64,000 bases of DNA from Acidimicrobiia bacterium (lineage in GTDB: Bacteria; Actinomycetota; Acidimicrobiia; Acidimicrobiales; JANYDT01). The notes below the pieces were generated by a model, which did not search any database, was not told where the DNA came from, and was given only the letters and a program-made list of their open reading frames with translations. Below are positions 57,001 through 64,000 of this stretch, piece after piece. Made by a program: the position numbers and the translations under genes. The stretch is taken from the NCBI GenBank assembly GCA_031423635.1, contig JANPFX010000082.1, positions 21,375 through 85,374 on the forward strand, read 5' to 3'. Each line of letters begins with the position of its first letter. Within the stretch, counting starts at the first letter, position 1.

Positions 57001-60000
57001 AGTCGGCGCCCGCAACGCCAGTAGATCCTGCGGTATCGATTCCGTCGCCGTACCCGGCGGGTTGTGTCTCGATGACGCCGTACGTAGCGGCCGGAAGGCC
57101 GGTGAACACGAAGGATCCGTCGGGTCCGGTCGTGGTCGACGCAGAGACCGGCACGCCGTTCACGTCGACACCGATGAGGTTCACACTCACACCCCCGATT
57201 CCGCGTTCAGTCGACGTCGGAGCCTTCACCCCATCGTTGTTCGCATCGACGTACACGAAACCCGTCACCGAAGCGGTGGTCTCGCCGAAGTTCACGCCGG
57301 AGAGTCCGACGGGCGGGATACTAAGTGCGCTCAGTATATTCGGCGTCGACGATCCATAGGCCGGGGGTTGCGCTTCGCTCACCGAGTACGTTCCCGGAGC
57401 GAGGTTGGTGAAGGCGTAGAAACCGTCCGGTTTGGTCACCGTGGTCGAAACGGAGGACCCTGTGCTGTCGAGCAGGGTGAGGATGACGCCACCAAGTCCG
57501 GCTTCACCTGTGTCGATCGACCCGTTGGCATTCCGGTCGATCCAGACTGATCCTCGAAGCGACGTCGTCGTGCCGGTTGTTCCGGTGGTGAGTCGCTCGC
57601 CGAAGTTCTGATTCGACAACCCGCCGAGCGGCACCACTGCGGAAGGAATCGAGTCCGGTGTCGTCGAGGTGTACCCGGATGGTTGGGTCTCGACCACGGA
57701 GTAGGTCCCCGGGGCGAGGTTGGTGAAGCGGTATCGGCCATCGGGACCGGTCAGCATGGTGTCGATCACCACGTTCGAGGGGTTTCGAAGGGTGAGGCGC
57801 ACGCCCGCCAGGCCTGCCTCGCCGCTGTCGATCGTCGCCGACGAGTTGGCGTCGACCCACACCACGCCTTCGAGGAACGCCGTGCCGGCCGGCGTGGGGC
57901 GGACCTTCTCGCCGAAGTCGTACCCCGTCCCGACCCCTTCAATGGGAAGCGCGATGGCGGTGATCGCATCGTTACCGAGCGTTCCCGGGTTGGCCGACGG
58001 GTTCGGGCCGGTGATCGCGCCGACCGCGTCGAGTCCGTCGAGGTACGCCGCCGGCTGGGTTTCCGAGATGCCGTATGTCCCCGCCAGGAGGTCGTCGAAT
58101 CGATAGGTCCCGTCCACCGCCGTGTTGGTTGTGCGATTCACTGCGGCGCCGTTCGCGTCGGTGCCGCTGAGGGTCACGATGACGCCGGCGACGGCCACTT
58201 CTGCCGGTGTCTGTCTGACGCCGTCGTCATTCGTGTCGACGTAGACCTGGCCGGCGAGTGAAGCGCCGATCTCGCCGAAGTTCACGTTGGCCAAACCCCC
58301 GGCCAACACAGTAAGTGAGCTTAGGGTATTCGGCGTTGTCGTTCCGAGCCCGATGGGTTGCGTCTCGACGATTCGGTGCGTCCCCGGACGGAGCCCCGCG
58401 AAGGCGTAGGTCCCATCGGGTGCTGTGGTCGTCGTTCCCACGAGGTTGTTCAGTGCGTCGAACAGCGTCAGCGTCACACCGCCGAGGCCGGGTTCGCCGC
58501 TGTCGGGTGAAGACCCTGATCGGTTCCTGTCGAGGAACACCGTGCCGGTGAGCGTCGCCCCGGTCACAACGGGACGGAGGAGCTCGCCGAAGTCGTATGC
58601 GACGCCCAACGACACAACGCCCGGCGGCAGGACAATTGATCCGATCGCATCCGTCGGAATGAGCGCGCCCGTGCTCGACCCGTTCACCGTGCCGACATGC
58701 TCACGTCCGTCGTCGTAGGCACCCGGTTGGGTCTCGGTGACGGTGTACGAACCGGAGGGAACCCCACGAAACACGTACGAGCCGTCCACACCCGTGGTCG
58801 TCGTGCGGCTGAGTGCAGCGCCGAGCGCGTCCGTTCCGGTCAGGGTCAGGACGACGCCGGACACTCCTGTCTCGGTCGGGTCCGCGATGCCGTCGTCGTT
58901 GGTGTCGATGACGACGCGTCCACCGAGGGACGAGAGCGTCTCACCGAAGTTCTGATCACTTCGGCCGGTCGGCGGGATGTTGAGACTCGCGATCAGGTTG
59001 GGTGTCGACGAGCCGTGCGTCGCCTTCTGGGTTTCGCGAATCGAGTAAACACCGGCCGGGAGTGCGGCACCCGTGTTGTTCGTTCCGAGGTTGGTGATCC
59101 GGAAGGTGCCGTCGGCTGCGCTGGTGACCGAGGCGACCACGCTGCCGGCGTTGTTCAGCAGCTCGATCGTCCAACCCCCGAGTCCGGTGTCCCCGGCGTC
59201 GAGTGAGCCGTTTGCTCCGGCGTCGAGGTAGACGACACCGGAAACGAAGGCACCGGTCGGCGCGGCTTGGCCCTCGGCGAAGTCGTATCCGATTCCGGTC
59301 CCTGCTGCGGGCATCGTTATCGCCGTGATGTTGTCGTTGCCGAGCGTCCCCTGAGCGGTGGCGTTGATCGTGCCGAGGCTGTCGATCGCGTCGGTGTACC
59401 CGCCCGGCTGGGTCTCGCTCACGGCGTAGGTGCCGGCCAGCAGGTTGATGAACTGGTATGCGCCCGTAGCATCCGTCGAGGTGATCCGGGATACGGGACC
59501 GTTGACATCGATTCCGGTGAGCGTGATGGTGACACCGCTGATGCCGGTGCTCTCGGAGACCTGACGCACACCATCGTTCGTCGTGGCCACGTAGACGCGA
59601 CCGGCAAGCGATCCGGTGGTTTCGCCGAAGTTGATGTTGGTGACACCGTCGAGTGGCACGGTCACCGTGGGGAACACGTTGGGCGTCGACGAGCCGTAGC
59701 CGTTCGGTTGGGTTTCGGTGACCGAGTAGGTGCCGGGGACGAGGTTGGTGAAGCTGTAGGTGCCGTCCGGGATCGTCAGCGCAGTGGCGATCACGTTGTT
59801 CCCGGCATCGCGAAGGGTGATGCTGACCCCGCCCAGCCCGGTGTCGCCGGAGTCGATTACGCCGTTGCCGGAGGCGTCGATGAACACGCTCCCGGAAAGC
59901 GAGGTGGTGTTCTGGCGTTCTCCGAACAGGTAGCTGGAAGCGTCGATTCCCGCACCCATCGCGATAGAGACGATCCGGTCGTCGGCCACCGTTCCTCCTA

Positions 60001-63000
60001 CGGTTCCGGCCGTGTCCTGCCCATCGGCGTACGACGGCGGTTGCGTCTCGACGACGGAGTATGACCCGCTCAGTAGGTCGGTGAACGTCCATGCGCCGGA
60101 TGCATTGCTCACCGTCGTTCGGCTGACGGTGTTGCCGTTCGCGTCGACGCCCGACAACGTGATGGTCACGCCGGAGATCGCCGTCTCGCCGGCGTTGCGA
60201 ACACCGTTGTCGTTGGCGTCGACGTAGACGAATCCGGAGATCGTCGAAACTGTGTCACCGAAGTTCTGCGCGGTCACGCCGGTGGCCGCGAGGCCGTTGA
60301 CGGCGATGGTCGTCGGGTTCTCACTGCGCCCAAGCCCGGCGGGGGTCACCTGGTCGATGCGATAGTCAGCGCCGGCGACGAGGTTGTCGAAGCGGTACGT
60401 GCCGTCGTTGCCCGTGGTCGTCCTGGCGATCTCATCGCCGGACGTGTTGCGAAGGACGACGACCACGCCGGCCAGCGGGCTGTCGACTCCCGCATCGCGC
60501 ACCGAGTCGCGATTTCGATCGAGGTAGACGTTTCCGCTGACCGACGCAGTCGAGCTGATCTCGCCGAAGTCGTAGCCGGTTCCGTTGACACCGACGCCGA
60601 CCGTGATCGCCGTCACGGAGTCCGTGCCGATGCCGTTCCCGGGACGTGTTCCGCCGAGCGTGCCGATGGCATCGCGACCGTCGCCGTAACCGGTTGGCTG
60701 GGTCGGCTCCGTGACCGTGTAGAGGCCCGCAACGAGCCCGTCGATCTTCCAGGTTCCGTCGACCGACGTGTCCGTTGCGAGGTTCACCGAACGACCGTTG
60801 ACGTCGATGCCGGTCACGCGGATCGTGATGCCGCCGATCGGCTGCTCGCCCGAGTCGTCGATGCCGTCGTTGTCCGCGTCGACGAACACCTGACCGGCCA
60901 ACGAGGACGTGGTGTCGAAGAAGTCCTGTCCCGAGAGTCCGCCGACGGGGGCCGTCACGCTCAACGTGTTGGGTGAAGAACTCCCGTAACCGGTCGGTTG
61001 GGTCTCGATGACGGAGTAGTCACCGACCGGAATACCGGCGAACGAGTAGTTGCCATTGACGTCGGTGGTGGTCGTAACGACCACCAGTCCGCCGCCGTCG
61101 CGCAAGGTGATGGTCACACCGGCGACCGTCCCGTTCTCTCCGGTGTCTCTCGTGCCGTTGGTGTTCGGGTCGATGCGAACTGCGCCGCTGATGGAGGTGT
61201 ACGCGACCGGCACGGGTGGCTTCTCGCCGAACAGATTTCCCGTCGACATCGTGCCCGAGGCGATGGCGATGCTGCTGATCTGATCGTTCGTCGTGGTCGT
61301 GCCACCGGCCGTTCCGGCCCGTTCGGCCCCGTCGACGTACGACGCCGGCTGGGTCACCTCCGTCACGACGTAGATGCCCGGCCGCAAGCCGGTGAAGGCG
61401 AAGCTGCCGTCGGCCGCGGTCGTCGTGACGCGATTGATGACGTTGCCCAGGTCGTCGGTTCCCGTGAGCGCGATCGAAACGGCGGCGATGCCGGGCTCGC
61501 CGACCTGTCGGTTCCCGTCATCGGTGATGTCGACGTAGACGGAACCGGAAACCCCGCCGGCGAGCAGTTCGCCGAAGTTGTTGCGGGCGGAGTTCGTCGA
61601 GGAGCCGACGACGATGCCCGTGAGCACATCACGCGAGGGAATCGGGCCGCCGAGCGAACCGCCGGCTGTGCCGACGGTGTCACGACCGTCGAGGTATCCC
61701 GACGGCTGTGTCTCGGTGAGCGAGTAGCCGGCAAGGGACGATGCCTCCAGGCCGGTGAACTGGTAATAGCCGTCCGCTCCGGTGTTCGTTGCTCGGGTGG
61801 TCGACGTGCCGAACACGTCGACCCCAGTGAGGGTGATCACCGCGCCCACGATCGGGGCTTCGCCGGTGTCACGGATTCCGTCGTTGTCGGCGTCGACGTA
61901 GACGTAACCCGAGATGATGGGCAGGTTCACGATGCCGGCGTCGAGGGTGAGGTTCACCTCTCCGGAGCCGAGCGTGGTCGAGCCGGAGATCCCGCTTGTC
62001 TTGTTGAGGTCCGAGTCCGTGGTGTTGGGGCCGACGTTCGCCGCAGTCAGCGTGAACCCGGAAGGGGCATCGATGCGGATCCGGTAGATGCCGGGTGCGA
62101 GCCCGTCGAAGCGGTAGTTGCCCGAACCGGTGGTGAGTTGCGTGATGGGGTCACCGGCAGCGTCGGCGACCTGAACTCCGGCAGCATCGAGGAGACGGAC
62201 GCGCACGTTCGCCACGCCGGGTTCGCCGATGTCCTGGACGCCGTTGCCGTTCAGGTCCTCCCACACGCGATCACCGAGGCCGGCCGTCCGGAAGAACCCG
62301 GCGTCGACGTCGGTCGGCGACTGTCCGCTCTGCAAGGTGAACGGTGGGGTCGTTCCAGTGATGAGCGACGCATCGGAATTCGTTGCCCCGGAACCTCTGC
62401 CGATCGGCGATGGAGTCCAACCCGAAGGTGTGGTGAAGTGGACGCGGTAGGTCCCGGGCACGAGGTTGTCGAACACATAGGTTCCGCCGCCGGATGTGAC
62501 GGCTGTACGGATCACCGCAGTGCCCTCCACCAACTCGACGGTCACGCCATCGAGGCCGGGTTCCCCGCTGTCCTGTATGCCATTGGCGTTGGTGTCGTCC
62601 CACACGCGGTCACCGACCGAGGCGGCGGCGAAGAAGCCGGCGTCGATGTGCGTCGTGGTCACGCCATCGGGCACCCCGAAGACGGCCGTGCGGCCCGTTG
62701 CGAGGTCGGCATCGGAGTCGAGTCCGCTCGCCCGTGGCGAGCTCGTCGACGGGGGCGACGGAAGGTAGCCGGAGGGGCGGACGAACTCGACCCGGTAGTC
62801 GCCTTCGCGCAGGAGCGCGCCGCTGTTGTCGGGACCGGACCGGGTGAAGGAATACGTGCCGTCCGACGCGGTCGTCACTGTTGCGATGACGGCAGACGAG
62901 CTGTTCAGGAGTCGAACGGTCACGCCCCCGACTCCGGTGGTCTCCGTGACTTGACGGGTCCCGTCGGCGTTCGTGTCGTCCCACACCTGGTCGCCGATTA

Positions 63001-64000
63001 CGACGCCGCGGAAGAGGCCGGTGTCGATGGTCGAGTTCGTCTCGTCGGAGATCAGCGAGACCAAGGTCGTCGCGCCGGTAGCATTGGCGTTCGAATCCGT
63101 CGACGTGGTCGCTCCACCGCTCGCGACGAACGAATCGGTGAACACGTAGCCCATCGGTGCGGTGACCAGCACGCGATACGTACCCGGTCGGAGGTTCGCG
63201 AACGAGTAGTTGCCGTTCGCGTCGGTGGTGGTGGCGTTCACCGGTGAACCGGATGCGTCGAGCACCGGATTGTTGGCGGCGTCGACCAGCCGGACCGTCA
63301 CTCCGGCGATGCCATCCTCTCCCGCAGTCTGGATGCCGTCGCCGTTCGTGTCGTGCCACACGCGGTCACCGATGGTGGCCGGCCGGATGAGTCCGGTATC
63401 GATCGAGGGGTTCGCCTCGTTCGACCGAAGCGTGGTCGAGGGCGATGCCCCGGACGGATTCGCGTCGGAGTCGGTGGTGTCAGTCGCCGTAGAGACGTCG
63501 CGGAGGGTGACGACCATTCCGGTCGGCACGGTCACGGTTACCACGTAGACACCGGGCACCACATTGCTGAACTGGTAGACGCCGGTTCCGGATGTCGTCG
63601 TGGTCGTGCGAGGAGTGATGAGGACGCCCGACCCCGTTGTCCCGGTCAGCGTGACGGTCGCGCCCGCGACCGGGGGCTCGCCGACGTCCTGCGCTCCGTT
63701 CCCATCGGTGTCCTCCCAGACATAGTTCCCGATGGATGCGAACCGGTAGTACCCCGCGTCGACTCCGGTGTTGCTGACCCCGGAGTCGAGGGTGATCACG
63801 GGGGTGATTCCGGTGATGACATCGGCGTCGGAGTTCGTCGCCGTAGCACCGAAGCCGGTCGGTGTGGGCTGCCATCCGGCTCCGGTCGGGGCGGTGAACG
63901 AGACGCGGTAGTCCGCCGGGCGGAGGTTGGCGATCGACCAGAGTCCCGAACTGTCGGTGGTCGTGGTGACCGGGATGGTGAAGGAGGCCCCGGTGGCGTC
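54083..64000 (-). CDS. Giant cell-wall-anchored surface protein (over 3300 aa, N-terminus outside the window): at least 27 SdrD-B/Cna-B-like repeats, a Thr/Ala-rich stalk, and a C-terminal LAFTG sorting signal
   Basis: Repeats of about 105-125 aa following the pattern V(Y/W/F)xDxNxDGxxDxGExGIxGVTVTLxG...TTTTxxDGxYxFxxLxPGxYxVxExxPxGY. The C-terminus ends ...RLAFTGAELGTLIMVGLALAVSGALLVHTASRRRQTR. The frame stays open and repeat-like from 63799 to 64000. Confidence 0.9.
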   Translation of the reverse strand, partial: DATGASFTIPVTTTTDSSGLWSIANLRPADYRVSFTAPTGAGWQPTPTGFGATATNSDADVITGITPVITLDSGVSNTGVDAGYYRFASIGNYVWEDTDGNGAQDVGEPPVAGATVTLTGTTGSGVLITPRTTTTTSGTGVYQFSNVVPGVYVVTVTVPTGMVVTLRDVSTATDTTDSDANPSGASPSTTLRSNEANPSIDTGLIRPATIGDRVWHDTNGDGIQTAGEDGIAGVTVRLVDAANNPVLDASGSPVNATTTDANGNYSFANLRPGTYRVLVTAPMGYVFTDSFVASGGATTSTDSNANATGATTLVSLISDETNSTIDTGLFRGVVIGDQVWDDTNADGTRQVTETTGVGGVTVRLLNSSSAVIATVTTASDGTYSFTRSGPDNSGALLREGDYRVEFVRPSGYLPSPPSTSSPRASGLDSDADLATGRTAVFGVPDGVTTTHIDAGFFAAASVGDRVWDDTNANGIQDSGEPGLDGVTVELVEGTAVIRTAVTSGGGTYVFDNLVPGTYRVHFTTPSGWTPSPIGRGSGATNSDASLITGTTPPFTLQSGQSPTDVDAGFFRTAGLGDRVWEDLNGNGVQDIGEPGVANVRVRLLDAAGVQVADAAGDPITQLTTGSGNYRFDGLAPGIYRIRIDAPSGFTLTAANVGPNTTDSDLNKTSGISGSTTLGSGEVNLTLDAGIVNLPIISGYVYVDADNDGIRDTGEAPIVGAVITLTGVDVFGTSTTRATNTGADGYYQFTGLEASSLAGYSLTETQPSGYLDGRDTVGTAGGSLGGPIPSRDVLTGIVVGSSTNSARNNFGELLAGGVSGSVYVDITDDGNRQVGEPGIAAVSIALTGTDDLGNVINRVTTTAADGSFAFTGLRPGIYVVTEVTQPASYVDGAERAGTAGGTTTTNDQISSIAIASGTMSTGNLFGEKPPVPVAYTSISGAVRIDPNTNGTRDTGENGTVAGVTITLRDGGGLVVVTTTTDVNGNYSFAGIPVGDYSVIETQPTGYGSSSPNTLSVTAPVGGLSGQDFFDTTSSLAGQVFVDADNDGIDDSGEQPIGGITIRVTGIDVNGRSVNLATDTSVDGTWKIDGLVAGLYTVTEPTQPTGYGDGRDAIGTLGGTRPGNGIGTDSVTAITVGVGVNGTGYDFGEISSTASVSGNVYLDRNRDSVRDAGVDSPLAGVVVVLRNTSGDEIARTTTGNDGTYRFDNLVAGADYRIDQVTPAGLGRSENPTTIAVNGLAATGVTAQNFGDTVSTISGFVYVDANDNGVRNAGETAISGVTITLSGVDANGNTVSRTTVSNASGAWTFTDLLSGSYSVVETQPPSYADGQDTAGTVGGTVADDRIVSIAMGAGIDASSYLFGERQNTTSLSGSVFIDASGNGVIDSGDTGLGGVSITLRDAGNNVIATALTIPDGTYSFTNLVPGTYSVTETQPNGYGSSTPNVFPTVTVPLDGVTNINFGETTGSLAGRVYVATTNDGVRQVSESTGISGVTITLTGIDVNGPVSRITSTDATGAYQFINLLAGTYAVSETQPGGYTDAIDSLGTINATAQGTLGNDNITAITMPAAGTGIGYDFAEGQAAPTGAFVSGVVYLDAGANGSLDAGDTGLGGWTIELLNNAGSVVASVTSAADGTFRITNLGTNNTGAALPAGVYSIRETQKATHGSSTPNLIASLNIPPTGRSDQNFGETLSSLGGRVVIDTNDDGIADPTETGVSGVVLTLTGTDALGAALSRTTTTGVDGSYVFRGVPSGSYTVTETQPGAYDDGREHVGTVNGSSTGALIPTDAIGSIVLPPGVVSLGVAYDFGELLRPVVTGATLTGTVFLDRNRSGSSPDSGEPGLGGVTLTLFDALNNLVGTTTTAPDGTYAFAGLRPGTHRIVETQPIGLGTTTPNTLSSLTVLAGGLANVNFGEIGASLAGQVYVDTNDDGVRQTPAEVAVAGVIVTLSGTDANGAAVNRTTNTAVDGTYRFDDLLAGTYGISETQPAAYLDGLDAVGAITGPNPSANPGTLGNDAITAIALPIEGVGTGYDFGEKVRPTPAGTAFLEGVVWVDANSSATIDSGEAGLAGVRLTLRNPSNVVIDTMLTGPDGRYRFTNLAPGTYSVVETQPSGYTSTTPDSIPSAVVPLGGLSNQNFGERLTTGTTGTTTSLRGSVWIDRNANGSIDTGEAGLGGVILTLLDSTGSSVSTTVTKPDGFYAFTNLAPGTYSVSEAQPPAYGSSTPNILSALSIPPVGLSGVNFGETTASVTGFVYVDANNDGVKAPTSTERGIGGVSVNLIGVDVNGVPVSASTTTGPDGSFVFTGLPAATYGVIETQPAGYGDGIDTAGSTGVAGADSITAIVVNPGGVSTGHLFGEQETLPTTVFVRGTVFLDRDRNSSAGPGDGVIVGVAVQLRDGSGVLIGTSITGADGTYLFTGLTPGAPYTVTEVQPIGFGSSLRSTNAEAITAPASGGISEIDFGDTLSSIAGSVFDDVDGNGERTSVVGPAEPGISGVTVTLNGTTAAGSSVTRTTATSPDGSYAFTDLPAGIYTITETQPSGWSDGQDAAGTVGGGVGNDVIADISLPLDTQASGYTFGERVPSAAVTTTISGVVFVDRGADGLTANGLRDTGEPGVLGVTLVLRDSNGAEVARTTTLGDGSYSFPNVAPGTYTVEEIQPLNYGSSTPNTLSSLTVPATGLTGVNFGETLGAIIGIVYSDADNNGVQDSGEPGIGGVTITLTGKDRANNAVTRTATTLSDGTYSFLDLLASDATGYTVTEGQPAGWMDGLDTSSVHGTIGDDVVSGVVLAPGEQTPVGRFGELAPVAVGDRVWDDLNGNGIQDPSEPGIDGVSVTLVGIDDRGAPVNRSTTTSSAAGSAGGWLIDALRPGTYTVTFAMPGMVATATTVAGGTRATDSDARANGSTASFELRANIDLVSTGSDDRDVDGGLYTPISVGDYVWRDDDLDGIQDAGEPPVDNVPVTLRHAGPDGVFGTTDDRIATTTTDSSGTYLFANVAPGSVTVVIDPPPRYGHSPQGFAAGDPTGGGANALIDSNIDPVTHSAEVLLVSGLDRADVDAGLIPKGSLGGRVWNDGTSSGDGRQGPGEPGISAVVVRLLYPDGTPVLAGDGSPLTVVSDPDGTYLFDDIVARSYIVSFDVTNGLKVTTPGVGDPTGDSDIDTKTFRTSVIVVSPLANIRHVDAGLISPIPPFLVPPSTAATTTRAPAQSTTTAASSTVGRVPSSSQITTAVPTSTVAARAVTTIVAATTTTTTGAARRADTVAKNAQPKPATDVRSRLAFTGAELGTLIMVGLALAVSGALLVHTASRRRQTR

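Noticed and set aside
29-63875. Many long ORFs antisense to, or frame-shifted against, recognisable genes. Examples: 29..931(-), 7049..8347(-), 9459..11297(-), 22137..23186(-), 28124..29821(-), 34930..36396(-), 40836..42560(-), 44917..46650(-), 54485..55702(+), 60998..63247(+).
   Set aside because: Their translations are Arg/Gly/Pro-rich low-complexity strings with no motifs. They overlap genes with clear family signatures. Long stop-free alternate frames are expected in DNA of about 67% GC.
1-64000. Looked for transposases, integrases, phage genes, toxin-antitoxin pairs, restriction or defence systems, CRISPR arrays, and rRNA/tRNA genes.
   Set aside because: None recognised in any frame. 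The accessory content here consists of flagellar, chemotaxis, c-di-GMP and adhesin genes.

Overview
This is high-GC (roughly 65-70%) DNA of actinobacterial type, read from the sequence and ORF track only; products are assigned from remembered family motifs, with no searches run. Positions 1-11.5 kb hold housekeeping and accessory genes: a 5'-truncated threonine dehydratase, an HtrA-like protease, an HxlR regulator, PEP carboxylase, a secreted Pro/Ser-rich protein, an SDR, a UPF0104-like membrane protein, a 2OG-Fe(II) oxygenase and an MBL-fold alkyl sulfatase. Positions 11.6-50.6 kb hold an almost complete Gram-positive-type flagellar regulon. It comprises fliA-cheY-cheR-cheX; a convergent GGDEF cyclase and an HDOD gene; flgN-flgK-flgL-fliW-csrA; an EAL-like/HDOD gene; fliC; fliD-fliS plus a small ORF; and one long, translationally coupled operon. 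That operon runs flgB-flgC-fliE-fliF-fliG-fliH-fliI-fliJ, an NlpC/P60-SLT hydrolase, then fliK-flgD-flgE-flbD-motA-motB-fliL-fliM-fliN-fliO-fliP-fliQ-fliR-flhB-flhA and an flhF-like gene. I saw no L/P-ring genes, flgF/flgG, flgM, flhG, cheA/cheW or MCP genes in the window. Positions 51.4-64 kb hold a sensor-less hybrid histidine kinase (HisKA-HATPase-REC-HPt), an OmpR-type regulator with a long linker, and the 3' 9.9 kb of a giant LAxTG-anchored surface protein with at least 27 SdrD-B/Cna-B-like repeats. The most interesting unexplained signals are:
- three covarying structured repeats 3' of fliC;
- a Bacillus-like pair of CsrA-type sites in the fliC leader;
- a duplicated flhB/flhA junction that creates an FlhA-mimicking 18-codon uORF;
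- an FlhF-like protein with all GTPase motifs degenerate;
- a fused, signal-less peptidoglycan hydrolase in the FlgJ position;
- a 24-bp tandem repeat inside the FliK ruler;
- the two-domain super-repeat of the giant adhesin.
I recognised no mobile elements, CRISPR arrays, rRNA or tRNA genes.
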